Source of the DNA: Alphaproteobacteria bacterium
GTDB taxonomy: Bacteria > Pseudomonadota > Alphaproteobacteria > GCA-2731375
Direction: 5' to 3'
DNA: 64,000 nt
Assembly: GCA_965232515.1 (NCBI GenBank)
Contig: CBDDPY010000002.1
Coordinates: forward strand, 1,600,001-1,664,000
This document shows, piece after piece, positions 34,671 to 44,183 of this stretch. The notes under the pieces are model-generated. The model saw only the letters and a program-made list of their open reading frames with translations, ran no database searches and had not been told where the DNA came from. Numbering within the stretch: the stretch's first letter is position 1; each line of letters begins with the position of its first letter. A program made the position numbers and the translations under genes.

Positions 34671-34805
34671 CCCGGTCAGCAGCCCTTCAATTGATTGAAT
34701 TCGGATCGTGTCTTACCCGTCGATTGCGACGAAAAAATGGCGGAACAGGCGCCGTCCGGCGTTCGGCGAAACGATGACTGAAACAATTGAAACAAACGGT
34801 CACCC

Positions 34806-34827
34806 CGGCAGAAACACGGCAGAAACA
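34806..34827 (+). repeat. Perfect 11-bp tandem repeat upstream of the globin gene, candidate regulator site
   Basis: CGGCAGAAACA x2; further GAAAC units at about 34768-34795. Confidence 0.55.
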
Positions 34828-34883
34828 GTGGCAACGTATGCGTAAAAGGTTTCTTGTTCACCGTCACGGGATGCCGGCCGCCA

Positions 34884-35300
34884 ATGACTCCCGAACAGAT
34901 CTCTCTTGTGCAAGAGAGCTTTCGCACCATCGCCCCGATCAAGGAAGCGGCGGGGTCGCTGTTCTATGAACGACTATTCACCCTGAACCCCGCCCTGAAA
35001 AAGCTGTTCCGGCGCGACATGGGCGACCAGAGCCGCGAACTGCTGAATATGATCGGCCAGGTCGTCGACGGCCTGAACAATCCGGACGAGGTCTTGCCCG
35101 TGGCGCGGCGTCTGGGCGCGCGGCATTCGGGCTATGGCGTGAAGCCCGAACACTACGAAACCGTCGGCGAAGCGCTGCTCTGGACGCTGGCGCTGATCCT
35201 GGGCGACGAGTTCGACGCAAAGACCAGAGAGGCCTGGACCGCGGCCTATGGGCTGTTGTCGGCCGCCATGCAGGAGACGCCGAGCAACGTCTCGGCCTGA
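34884..35300 (+). CDS. Single-domain globin (flavohemoglobin-type globin domain)
   Basis: LVQESF, FYERLF...P, LG.RH..YGV.PEHY..VG.ALLWTL and AW..AY. Confidence 0.93.
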   Translation: MTPEQISLVQESFRTIAPIKEAAGSLFYERLFTLNPALKKLFRRDMGDQSRELLNMIGQVVDGLNNPDEVLPVARRLGARHSGYGVKPEHYETVGEALLWTLALILGDEFDAKTREAWTAAYGLLSAAMQETPSNVSA

Positions 35301-35302
35301 CC

Positions 35303-35818
35303 GTGGCCGACGCGGGGCAGGCAGTATTGGCGCCCTGCCCCGGCTGCGGCGCTTTGGTGCCGGAGAGCGGCGGGCCGACGCATGCCTATCTCGGCACCGT
35401 GCCCGGTTGCTGGGCGCTCTATGGCGAGGTGCTGGCGCGCGAATACAGCGACGCCGCCTACATGCGGGTGCACAATCTGACGGTCGACGCCTATTCGGTA
35501 CAGCATCCGGGCCGGCCCGAACGCCGCACGAACCGCTCGGTGCATGCACATTTGTTGTCGCTTTATCTGCGGCTTGAGCGAAAGGAGCGCCGCGAAACCA
35601 TTACCGCCGCCATGGCGAAAACGGCCGACCTGCCGGCCGACGCGCTGGGCTGGCTGCTGCCACCATCCAGCCTGGGCGAGATCACCGTGCTAGACGTACA
35701 TGCCGCCGCCGATGCGGTCGCGCATGGCGAGCGCGTCAACGCCTGGGCGGCGGCTGCCTGGCGGGCCTGGGAACCGCACCACGACAAGATCGAGCGGCTG
35801 GCAAGGCAGATCCTTTAA
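35303..35818 (+). CDS. DUF5946-like protein
   Basis: CPGCG, H.Y....PGCW, VDAY..QHP and W..W..HH. Confidence 0.75.
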   Translation: MADAGQAVLAPCPGCGALVPESGGPTHAYLGTVPGCWALYGEVLAREYSDAAYMRVHNLTVDAYSVQHPGRPERRTNRSVHAHLLSLYLRLERKERRETITAAMAKTADLPADALGWLLPPSSLGEITVLDVHAAADAVAHGERVNAWAAAAWRAWEPHHDKIERLARQIL

Positions 35819-35936
35819 CGCGTCGTTCGCAAACGCACGCTGCTCCGTCAGGGTTGACAGAACCCGCGGCGGGCTTTCGAATTGATCTGCCATCAATCCA
35901 AATACTAACAAACAGTCGTTCGGGAGGACGTTGACG

Positions 35937-37247
35937 ATGCTCAGCTCACATCTCAAACGCGTAAGCCTGAGCCTTGCCGCGGCCGGCGTGTTGGCAGCGG
36001 CAAGCATCAGCGCGCAGGCGCAGCAGAAAGAAATCAAGATCGGCGTGATCTACGACTATACCGGCCCGCTGGCGGCCGGCGGCTCAAGCCTGCAGGCGCT
36101 GGGCGCGAAGATCATGATCGACTACTTCAATAGCCAGGGCGGCGTCGAGGGCTACAAGATCAACGCCATCTACGCCGACGCCCAGAGCAAGCCCGACGTC
36201 GCGATCAACGAGGCGGTGCGCCTGATCGAGCAGGAAAACGTCGACATGCTGCTCGGCTTCTATTCCAGCGCGCAGTGCGTGCCGGTCTCGGCCAAGGTCG
36301 ATTCGCTGAAGAAGTTCATGTGGATCACGACCTGCATCTCGCCGGCCGTGCTGAAGGACCGGAACCTGAAATACGTGTTCCGGGCGCAGCCGCATGGCGG
36401 TCTGTTCGGCCTGCAGTCGCCGGAGTTCCTGGCCCACTATGCGAAAGAGAAGCTGGGCATCGAGCCGGGCGACCTGAAGGTCGCCATCATCCACGAAGAC
36501 GGCGCCTACGGCAGCGGCGTCGCCGGCGGCAACGCGGCGGGCGCGAAGCAGCAGGGCTTCAAGGTCGTCCTGAAGGAAGGCTATTCGGCGACGGCGCCGG
36601 ACTTGTCATCGCTCGTCACCAAGCTGAAACGGGCCCGGCCGGACGTGATCCTGCACACCGGCTACAATCCGGACATCACCTTGTTCCTGCGGCAGGCGCG
36701 CGAGCTGGGCCTGCGCTTCAAGGCGCTGATCGGCCACGGCGCCGGCTACGGCGTGCCGGACAAGCTGTTCGACGCCTTTGGCCAAGACGCGAACCACATC
36801 TTCAATGTCGATCCGGTGTCGATCTGGCTGGTCAGCCCCGAGGTGCTGCAGTCGGGCCTGCCGGATATCACGCAGATGGTCGGCGAGCAGTACAAGAAGG
36901 CTGAGCCCGACACCAAGGAGTTCTCGGCCCATGTCGGCATGGCGGCCAGCAACTCCTACGTCTTCTTCTCCGACGTGCTGCCGCGCGCGATTAAGAAGTA
37001 CGGCGGCATCGATGCCGACTCGCTGCGCCAGGCGGCGCTGGAGACCGACATTCCGGTCGGCGGCACGCTGATGGGCTTCGGCGTGAAGTTCAATCCGCCC
37101 GAGCATGAGATGGCCGGGCAGAACGACCGCGCCTCACCGGTCATCGTCCAGTACATCGACAACAAGGCGCATATTGTCTGGCCGAAGGCGCTGCAGTCCC
37201 TCGATCCGGTGCTGCCGTTGCCCAAGGACTCGCCCTATGCCAAGTAA
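35937..37247 (+). CDS. Branched-chain/aromatic-acid ABC substrate-binding protein
   Basis: Signal peptide; IKIGVIYD.TGP.A.GG, DAQSKPD and IIHEDG.YG. Confidence 0.92.
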   Translation: MLSSHLKRVSLSLAAAGVLAAASISAQAQQKEIKIGVIYDYTGPLAAGGSSLQALGAKIMIDYFNSQGGVEGYKINAIYADAQSKPDVAINEAVRLIEQENVDMLLGFYSSAQCVPVSAKVDSLKKFMWITTCISPAVLKDRNLKYVFRAQPHGGLFGLQSPEFLAHYAKEKLGIEPGDLKVAIIHEDGAYGSGVAGGNAAGAKQQGFKVVLKEGYSATAPDLSSLVTKLKRARPDVILHTGYNPDITLFLRQARELGLRFKALIGHGAGYGVPDKLFDAFGQDANHIFNVDPVSIWLVSPEVLQSGLPDITQMVGEQYKKAEPDTKEFSAHVGMAASNSYVFFSDVLPRAIKKYGGIDADSLRQAALETDIPVGGTLMGFGVKFNPPEHEMAGQNDRASPVIVQYIDNKAHIVWPKALQSLDPVLPLPKDSPYAK

Positions 37248-37289
37248 CCGCTCCGGCCGGGTGGGCCCGAGCACGCGACCGTCGCGGTA

Positions 37290-38057
37290 ATGGCGGACGC
37301 CATACTGACCGTCGAAGCGCTGACCAAGCGCTTCGGCGGTTTCACCGCGGTCGACGAAGTATCATTTACCGTCGGTGAAGGCGAGATCCTGGGCCTGATC
37401 GGGCCGAACGGTTCGGGCAAGAGCACGATCTTCAACATGATCGCCGGCTCGCTGCGGCCGACCGCCGGCACGATCCGGTTTCGTGGACAGGAGGTCGGTG
37501 GGCTGAGCCCGAACCGGATCTGCGCGCTGGGCATCGGCCGCACCTTTCAGATCCCCCGGCCGTTCCACAAGCTGTCGATCCTGGAGAACGTGGCGGTCGC
37601 CGGCTATTTCGGCCAGGGCCGCCGGGTCGGCAAGGCGGAGGCCTGGGAGACGGCGGCGCGATCGCTCGACATGGTCGGCCTCGCCTACGGCGATCACGCG
37701 TCGGTCGACATGCTGGGCGCGGCGGGGCTGAAGAAGCTGGAGCTGGCGCGCGCGTTGGCGACCAACCCGACGCTGCTGCTGGCGGACGAAAGCCTGGGCG
37801 GTCTCGACGAAAGCGAGATGGACCAGGCGGCCGACATGCTGGAGCGCATCCGCCGCGAGATGGGCATCACCATCATCTGGGTCGAGCACATCATGGGCGT
37901 GCTGATGCGCGTCGTCGACCGGGTCATGGTGCTGGACCATGGCGAGCTGATCTCGGAAGGCCTGCCGGCCGACGTGGCGCACGACCCGAGGGTGATCGAA
38001 GTCTATCTCGGCACCGACGCCAGCGACGTGCAGGCCAGTGTCGGGGCGGCGGGTTAG
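37290..38057 (+). CDS. ABC ATP-binding protein (LivG-like)
   Basis: GPNGSGKST, RTFQIPRPF and WVEH. Confidence 0.93.
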   Translation: MADAILTVEALTKRFGGFTAVDEVSFTVGEGEILGLIGPNGSGKSTIFNMIAGSLRPTAGTIRFRGQEVGGLSPNRICALGIGRTFQIPRPFHKLSILENVAVAGYFGQGRRVGKAEAWETAARSLDMVGLAYGDHASVDMLGAAGLKKLELARALATNPTLLLADESLGGLDESEMDQAADMLERIRREMGITIIWVEHIMGVLMRVVDRVMVLDHGELISEGLPADVAHDPRVIEVYLGTDASDVQASVGAAG

Positions 38058-38084
38058 CGTGGCGATTTCCGCATCGCCCTTTTC

Positions 38085-38171
38085 GTCATGCCCGGAGTTG
38101 ATCCGGGCATCCAGGGGCATCGACCGCTGGCACGCTGGTGTCTGGATTGCCGGGTCAAGCCCGGCAATGAC
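38085..38171. repeat. REP-like palindrome doublet (REPIN/RIME-type)
   Basis: GTCATGCCCGG-AGTTGAT-CCGGGCATCCA and TGGATTGCCGGG-TCAAG-CCCGGCAATGAC: two inverted, self-palindromic units. Confidence 0.8.
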
Positions 38172-38200
38172 CAAGGTACGTGGGTTTTTGGGGCAACCGG

Positions 38201-38914
38201 ATGGCCGCCATGCTTGAACTGCAGAACGTGAATGCCGGCTATGGCGCGTTTCAGGCGCTGTTCGATGTCAGCCTGGAGGTCGCGGCCGGCGAGGCCGTCG
38301 CCGTGATCGGCCCGAACGGCGCCGGCAAGACGACGCTGATGCGGTTGATCTCGGGCTTGATCCCGGTGCGCTCGGGCCGGGTGGTCATGGAGGGGCAGCC
38401 GCTGGACGAGGTCAAGCCGCACGCCATCGTCGAGCTCGGCATCGCGCACGTACCGGAGAACCGGCGTTTGTTCCCGCGCATGACGGTCGAGGACAACCTG
38501 CGCATGGGCGCCTTCGCGAAGGCGGCGCGGGCACACTTCCGCGAGCGCCTGGACTACATCTACGAGTTGTTCCCGCGGCTGAAGGAACGCCGCGCGCAGT
38601 TCGCCGGCACCATGTCCGGCGGCGAGCAGCAGATGTGCGCCATCGGACGGGCGCTGATGTCGGGGCCGAAGCTGTTGCTGATGGACGAGCCGTCGGCCGG
38701 CCTGGCGCCCGTCGTGGTGCAGCAGGTGTTCGAGCTGGTCCGGCGCATCCGCAAGGAAGGCTATACCGTGCTGATCGTCGAGCAGAACGTGCAGCAGGTG
38801 CTGCAGGTCGTCGACCGCGCCTACCTGCTGGAAGCCGGCACGCTGAGATCCAGTGGCACGGCCGACGAGCTGCTGGCGAGCGAGAGCGTGCGCAAGGCGT
38901 ATATGGGCGTTTGA
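38201..38914 (+). CDS. ABC ATP-binding protein (LivF-like)
   Basis: GPNGAGKTT, MSGGEQQM and LMDEPS.GLAP. Confidence 0.94.
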   Translation: MAAMLELQNVNAGYGAFQALFDVSLEVAAGEAVAVIGPNGAGKTTLMRLISGLIPVRSGRVVMEGQPLDEVKPHAIVELGIAHVPENRRLFPRMTVEDNLRMGAFAKAARAHFRERLDYIYELFPRLKERRAQFAGTMSGGEQQMCAIGRALMSGPKLLLMDEPSAGLAPVVVQQVFELVRRIRKEGYTVLIVEQNVQQVLQVVDRAYLLEAGTLRSSGTADELLASESVRKAYMGV

Positions 38915-38928
38915 GGGGGACGCGATCC

Positions 38929-39801
38929 GTGGAAACCATTTTCGACATCTATCTCTTGGAAGCGCTGATCAACGGCCTGCTGTTCGGCGGCGTGCTGGCG
39001 CTGCTGTCCCTGGGCCTGAACCTGATCTTCGGCGTCGTTGACGTGGTCTGGATCTGCTACGCCGAGATCGTGATGTTCGGCATGTACGCGATCTTCTGGC
39101 TGCATGGCGTCTACGAGCTGCCGATCGTGTTGGCCGCCCTGCTCGCCATCGTCGGCACCGGCGCCATGGGCTTCCTGGTGCACTTCCTGGTGATCTCGCC
39201 GATCCTCGGCTCGGCGCCAATCAACCAGCTGCTGGCGACCGGCGGCCTCTTGTTCTTCCTGCAGAGCTTCGCGACCCTGCTGTGGGGCATCGAATTCCGC
39301 AATATCGGCCTGCGCCTGCCGGTGCTGCAATGGGGCGAGCTGTTCTTCAGCTACGCCCGCCTGCTCGCCTTCGGCATCGCCGTGATCGGTATGGTGGCGA
39401 TCTATCTGTTCCTGACCCGGACCTATATGGGCACGGCGATCCGGGCGATCTCGCAGGACCGCGAGATCATGACGCTGATGGGCGTGGATACGCGCAAGGT
39501 CTATCTGGTGACGTCCGTGGTCGGCGGCAGTCTCGCCGGCCTCGCCGCCAGCCTGCTGGTGCTGCAGTATGACGTGCATCCGTTCGTCGGCCTCAGCTTC
39601 GGGCCGATCACCTTCGTCATCTGCGTGATGGGCGGTCTCGGCAACATGGTCGGCGGCTTCATCGCCGCCTTCATCCTGAGCGAGGTGATCTCGATCGGGG
39701 GCTTCTACGCCGAGCTGGAATGGGGCTACGTCGCGGCCTTCGTGATCTTCATCATCGTCATGTTCATCCGACCCGAGGGCATCCTGGGGAAGAAGTCATG
39801 A
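38929..39801 (+). CDS. Branched-chain ABC permease (LivH-like)
   Basis: GLNLIFGV, G.AIRA.SQD and RPEGILG; GTG start after GAGGGG. Confidence 0.92.
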   Translation: METIFDIYLLEALINGLLFGGVLALLSLGLNLIFGVVDVVWICYAEIVMFGMYAIFWLHGVYELPIVLAALLAIVGTGAMGFLVHFLVISPILGSAPINQLLATGGLLFFLQSFATLLWGIEFRNIGLRLPVLQWGELFFSYARLLAFGIAVIGMVAIYLFLTRTYMGTAIRAISQDREIMTLMGVDTRKVYLVTSVVGGSLAGLAASLLVLQYDVHPFVGLSFGPITFVICVMGGLGNMVGGFIAAFILSEVISIGGFYAELEWGYVAAFVIFIIVMFIRPEGILGKKS

Positions 39802-40844
39802 CGGCGATCCCGCAAGCGACCGCGACGCGCCGGCTGGAGCCGCGGCACATTGCCGCCGTCATTGTCGCCATCGCGCTGATCAGCGTGCCGATCCTGCGCA
39901 CGCAGTCGGAATGGTTCGCCTATCCGATGCATATCATGGTGCTGATCATGATCTGGTCGCTGGCTTATACGAGCTGGTCGCTGATGGGCCGGTTCGGGCT
40001 GGTGTCGCTGGGCCACGGCGCCTTCATGGGCATCGGCGCCTATGTCACGGCCTTGCTGTGGAACTATGCCGGCCTGACGCCCTGGCTCGGCATCCCGATC
40101 GCGCTCGCCACCGTCGCTCTCGTGGCCTTCATCGTCGGCTATCCCTGCTTTCGCTTTCGCATCGTCGGCCACTATTTCGCGCTCGTGACGCTGGCGCTGA
40201 GCGAGATCGTGCGCCAGGTGATCATGGCGACGCGCGACTATACCGGCGGTTCGCTCGGCTTCACGCCGACGCCGCATGGCGACGGGTTCTCGCTCTATGC
40301 GTTGCAGTTCGCCGACCGCGAGGTGTTCTACTACGTCGCCTTCGCGGCCTGGGTGTTCGGCCTCTGGGTCTGGCGGCGGGTCGACCGGTCGATGGACCGC
40401 TATGCGCTCGACGCAATCTCCGAGGACGAGGACGCCTCGGCCTCGGCCGGCGTCTGGGTCACGCGCGAAAAGCTGAAGATCACCATCCTGAGCGCCGTGC
40501 TGACCGGTTTCGCCGGCATTCTTTACATGCAGTACCAGCAGTTCATCTCGCCCGACACGGTGAGCGGCATCGCCATCTCGCTGCAAATCGTCTTCGCCGT
40601 CGTGGCGGGCGGCATCTACGTGATGTTCGGGCCCACCGTGGGCGCCGTGATCACAATCCTGCTGGCCGAAAGCCTGCGCGTCGCCATCGGCACCAAGATG
40701 GTCGGGCTCGACACCACGATCTACGGCCTGCTGCTGGTGCTGTTCATCATCTTCCTGCCGAAGGGCGTGCTCGGCGGCATCATGGAATGGTGGCAGAATC
40801 GCCGCCCCGCCGGCCGGCCGGCAGCCGCGGCGGGGGACGACTAG
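39798..40844 (+). CDS. Branched-chain ABC permease (LivM-like)
   Basis: SLGHGAF.GIGAY, HYFALVTLA and FLPKG. Confidence 0.92.
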   Translation: MTAIPQATATRRLEPRHIAAVIVAIALISVPILRTQSEWFAYPMHIMVLIMIWSLAYTSWSLMGRFGLVSLGHGAFMGIGAYVTALLWNYAGLTPWLGIPIALATVALVAFIVGYPCFRFRIVGHYFALVTLALSEIVRQVIMATRDYTGGSLGFTPTPHGDGFSLYALQFADREVFYYVAFAAWVFGLWVWRRVDRSMDRYALDAISEDEDASASAGVWVTREKLKITILSAVLTGFAGILYMQYQQFISPDTVSGIAISLQIVFAVVAGGIYVMFGPTVGAVITILLAESLRVAIGTKMVGLDTTIYGLLLVLFIIFLPKGVLGGIMEWWQNRRPAGRPAAAAGDD

Positions 40845-41593
40845 TAGGCGCTGGCGCCGCTGTCGGCGGGGTAAATGGCGCCGTTGACGAGGCTGCTTTC
40901 GTCGGAGGCAAGGAACAGCGCCAGCCAGGCGATCTCCATGGGCTGGCCGGTGCGCAGCGGTCGCTCGACGTTGTCGCGGTCATCGTCGCCCGTCATGCCG
41001 AAAGAGGCCGTGCGCGCGGTCAAGACGGCGCCGGGCGCGATGGCGTTGACCCGGATATGCATGGGCGCGCATTGCAGCGCCAGCGCCTTGGTCAGCGTCA
41101 GCACGCCGCCCTTGGCCGAAGTGTAGGCGTCGGCGCCCGCCGTGCCCTTCATGGCGCGGATCGACGTGGTGTTGATGATGGATCCGCCGCCGGCGTCGCG
41201 GATGTGCGGGATAGCGAAACGGCAACCGAGAAACGTGCCGAACAGATCGACGCCGATCGTGCGCCAGAACTCGTCCAACGGCATGTCGACGACGCTGCCG
41301 TCGCGCGCCGTGGCGCCGCCGGCATTGTTGTAGAGCACGTCGAGGCCGCCGAAGGCGTCGGCCGCCCGGTCGATCGCCGCCCGCATGCTGTCGGGCTGGG
41401 TGACGTCGGTCTCGATGAACAGCGCCTCGCCGCCGGCCGCGCGCGCCGCCTCGGCCGCGGCCTCGCCGCCGGCGACATTGATATCGGCCAGCGCCAGCCG
41501 CGCGCCCTCGCGCGCGAACAGCTCGGCCGAGGCCGCGCCGATGCCGCCCGCCGCGCCGGTAATGAAGACCCGCTTGTCCTGCAGCCGTGCCAT
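40841..41593 (-). CDS. Short-chain dehydrogenase/reductase
   Basis: TGAAGGIG, NNAG and YTSAK. Confidence 0.93.
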   Translation of the reverse strand: MARLQDKRVFITGAAGGIGAASAELFAREGARLALADINVAGGEAAAEAARAAGGEALFIETDVTQPDSMRAAIDRAADAFGGLDVLYNNAGGATARDGSVVDMPLDEFWRTIGVDLFGTFLGCRFAIPHIRDAGGGSIINTTSIRAMKGTAGADAYTSAKGGVLTLTKALALQCAPMHIRVNAIAPGAVLTARTASFGMTGDDDRDNVERPLRTGQPMEIAWLALFLASDESSLVNGAIYPADSGASAY

Positions 41594-41690
41594 TTCCGCC
41601 TCCCGATCTGAATGCCTGAAATCGTCGTTTTCGTCCGTGCGTCGAAGACGGATAATAGGGACCAGGAAACGGTTCGTCGGGAGAAATTGC

Positions 41691-42524
41691 ATGGCGTTGC
41701 GTACGGCACAGATCGAGGCCCACCGACAGCGGATGGCGGACGACGGCTATACCGTGGTCGAAAACGCGATCCCGGCCGGGCTCGTCGCCGACCTGCGGCG
41801 CGCGCTCGACGACATGGAAGCGCGGCGCGGACTGGACTACGCCAAAACCGGCTTCGAGGGCCGCAAGACGCTTCGCATCTACAACCTGCTGGCCCACGGC
41901 GACGTATTCCAGCAGATCCCGATTCATGAGAACACGCTGCCGATCGCCGAGGCTGTGCTGGACGACGGCCTGCAACTCTCGTCGCTGTCCGCGATCGTTC
42001 TCGGCCCCGGCCAGGAGGCCCAGCCGCTGCACGCCGACAGCCAGATGATCCCCCTGCCCCGGCCGCATCCGACGATTTCAGTGAACGTGATGTGGGCACT
42101 GACCGACTTCACCGAAGCGAACGGCGCGACCCGCGTCGTGCCGGGCAGCCACCGGTTCGATCACGCGCCGGCCTATGACGAGACCTACGAGACCGTCGCC
42201 GCCGAGACGCCGGCCGGCAGCGTAATGTTCTTCGACAGCGCGCTGTGGCATGGCGGCGGGGCGAACCGCACGGACGCGCGGCGCTACGGCATCGCCTGCT
42301 ACTACTGCGCCGGTTGGATCCGGCCGCAGGAGAACCAGCAGCTTGGCATTCCGCGCGAACTGACCACGACCTTTCCAAGACGCCTGAAGCAGCTCTGCGG
42401 CTACGGCGTCTACAAGGGCATCTACGGCCACGTCGAGAACCGCGACCCCATTGAGCTGTTGGGCGAGCCGCGTGCCGGGATGATGGTCTGGGAAGCCAGC
42501 GACAAGGCCGCGGCCAAGCGGTAA
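41691..42524 (+). CDS. Phytanoyl-CoA dioxygenase-family Fe(II)/2OG oxygenase
   Basis: QPLHAD, DFT..NGAT..VPGSH, LWHGGGAN and R.QENQ. Confidence 0.92.
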   Translation: MALRTAQIEAHRQRMADDGYTVVENAIPAGLVADLRRALDDMEARRGLDYAKTGFEGRKTLRIYNLLAHGDVFQQIPIHENTLPIAEAVLDDGLQLSSLSAIVLGPGQEAQPLHADSQMIPLPRPHPTISVNVMWALTDFTEANGATRVVPGSHRFDHAPAYDETYETVAAETPAGSVMFFDSALWHGGGANRTDARRYGIACYYCAGWIRPQENQQLGIPRELTTTFPRRLKQLCGYGVYKGIYGHVENRDPIELLGEPRAGMMVWEASDKAAAKR

Positions 42525-42535
42525 CCCCGGCGACG

Positions 42536-43039
42536 TTACTCCCAGCCGACGCAGAACGGCTCGGGCCGCAGGTCTTCCGGATCGCCGTCCGCGTCGGGCG
42601 GCGGGAAACTCTGCTTGAAGCCGAACGCGTACGCCGAGGGGCCGTGCTCGTTGAGATAGGCCAGCCGCTCCAGCCCCTCGTCCACCGTCGGCAACCGTCC
42701 GGCCTCGACCCACCAGAGCACCTGGTAGGCGCCGGTCGGCGGCGCGAACCATTGCCGCCGCTTGGCCATGACGCCGCGATGCGCGGTCTTGTAGACGAAG
42801 GCGAACAGCGACTCGACATCGGTCCAGACAGACATGTTGACGATGAAGCTGGGATCTTCGGTCACCTGGATGTCGGTGGCGTTGCCGGAATCCGACTGCA
42901 GCCGCCAGACGAAACCGGGGCTGTCCTCGGCCAGCGCGTTGATCTCGTCGAGCGCGTCCATGAATTCGGCGACCCTCGGATCGTCCTGCGGGTGAAGCAG
43001 GTTGCCGACGTTCATCTGCGCGATATGCCAATCCGTCAC
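42536..43039 (-). CDS. DUF3291 domain protein (own GTG and RBS, in frame with the upstream membrane protein)
   Basis: HIAQMN, INALAE.SPGFVWRLQ, VNMSVW and LWWV..G..PT; GGAGG before GTG 43039. Confidence 0.85.
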   Translation of the reverse strand: MTDWHIAQMNVGNLLHPQDDPRVAEFMDALDEINALAEDSPGFVWRLQSDSGNATDIQVTEDPSFIVNMSVWTDVESLFAFVYKTAHRGVMAKRRQWFAPPTGAYQVLWWVEAGRLPTVDEGLERLAYLNEHGPSAYAFGFKQSFPPPDADGDPEDLRPEPFCVGWE

Positions 43040-43756
43040 GGAACGCTCCTCCGATGTTGTGGCGACACTGATTGAAGGCGGTACGACACGCACCGCCGGC
43101 AGATCCCGGCACATGGCCGCGTTGCGATCGGGACGCACGCGGCGATCCGGACGAAACGTCCAGACCGCGAGCACGCCCTGTAGCGCGATCAACACGCCGC
43201 TCGGCAAGCCCGATCCTTCCCAATCGCCGATCGCCAGCCCGAGATGTCCGGACCAGATCACCGCGACGGCGCCCGCCATCGTCAAGATGACGCCGCCGGC
43301 GACAACCGGGACCCGCCATCGATCGACACGGGCTTGCGACCACAGGAGCCGCAGCGTCAGGCCCCCGTGTCCCAGCCCCGCCAGAGCAAGCGCGGACCCG
43401 CCGACCTGCCCGACCCAGCCAATCTCGGGCGCCTGATTGACAATGGCGAGCGTCGCGAGCGCGATCAGTCCGGCCGCGGCAACCACGATGCTGGTCGCGG
43501 CGCGCAGCAAGACATGCGGTTCATCGGCAAATGGCGCTTCGCGTTGCAGACGGTCGACGAGCATATCGGCCGCGCCGAACCGACGAACGGCCTCGCGCGC
43601 CGCCTCCGGTTCGCTCAGACCGGTCTCGGATAGCCCCGCGGCGCTGTCGCGCAGATGCACCTCGACCTCGGCCAGAATGCGGGTCGTCTGCCGATGCGAC
43701 GCCGGCAGCCGTTCGGCGAGCGCCTGAAGGTGAGCGGCGATCGAATCCTGCGTCAT
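42536..43756 (-). CDS. PadR-associated permease-prefix/HAAS-domain membrane protein reading through into DUF3291
   Basis: I.AE...HL.D.......GL...EA...AVRRFG followed by 4 TM segments; ATGA overlap with padR; no stop before the DUF3291 domain. Confidence 0.7.
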   Translation of the reverse strand: MTQDSIAAHLQALAERLPASHRQTTRILAEVEVHLRDSAAGLSETGLSEPEAAREAVRRFGAADMLVDRLQREAPFADEPHVLLRAATSIVVAAAGLIALATLAIVNQAPEIGWVGQVGGSALALAGLGHGGLTLRLLWSQARVDRWRVPVVAGGVILTMAGAVAVIWSGHLGLAIGDWEGSGLPSGVLIALQGVLAVWTFRPDRRVRPDRNAAMCRDLPAVRVVPPSISVATTSEERSVTDWHIAQMNVGNLLHPQDDPRVAEFMDALDEINALAEDSPGFVWRLQSDSGNATDIQVTEDPSFIVNMSVWTDVESLFAFVYKTAHRGVMAKRRQWFAPPTGAYQVLWWVEAGRLPTVDEGLERLAYLNEHGPSAYAFGFKQSFPPPDADGDPEDLRPEPFCVGWE

Positions 43757-44076
43757 GTCGTCGGCGCCACGATCGCCGTGACGGCGCCGGCGAACTGCCG
43801 CCATTCCTCGGTCTGCTTCGCCATCGCCCGACGTCCCTTGCGGGTTAGCCGATAGACCCGCCGGCGGCGTCCATTAGCCGTCGACCAGCCGCTCGCCAGC
43901 AGCCCCGCCTGTTCAAGGCGGTGCAGCGCCGGGTAGACCGTACCCTCCGGCAGGTCGAACAGGCCATCGCTGCGCCGACGCAACGACTCGATGATCGCGT
44001 AGCCGTGCAGCGGTGCGTCATCGACCGCGGCCAGGATCAGCAGATCGAGATGTCCCTTCAGCGCCTCGCCCTTCAT
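43753..44076 (-). CDS. PadR-family transcriptional regulator
   Basis: LKGHLDLLIL, HGY.I, EGTVYPALHRLE and RRRRVY.LT. Confidence 0.95.
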   Translation of the reverse strand: MKGEALKGHLDLLILAAVDDAPLHGYAIIESLRRRSDGLFDLPEGTVYPALHRLEQAGLLASGWSTANGRRRRVYRLTRKGRRAMAKQTEEWRQFAGAVTAIVAPTT

Positions 44077-44113
44077 ACCTCGGAAAACTAGGTATAATGC
44101 ACGTGCGCGTCAA
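44075..44113 (-). promoter_or_regulatory. padR promoter with overlapping palindromic operator; near-leaderless mRNA
   Basis: Minus strand TTGACG-N17-TAGTTT, 8 nt before ATG; ATACCTAG-N5-CGAGGTAT inverted repeat at 44075-44095. Confidence 0.65.
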
Positions 44114-44183
44114 GCGGCTCGATCCAGCGATCATTCCGATCTTTGTGATCGCGGCACATGGTTCTAGGCTGGCTATAACAACC

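Noticed and set aside
35881-35897. FNR/FixK box upstream of the ABC binding-protein gene
   Set aside because: TTGAT-N5-ATCAA has a 5-nt spacer where FNR needs 4; it may be another regulator's operator
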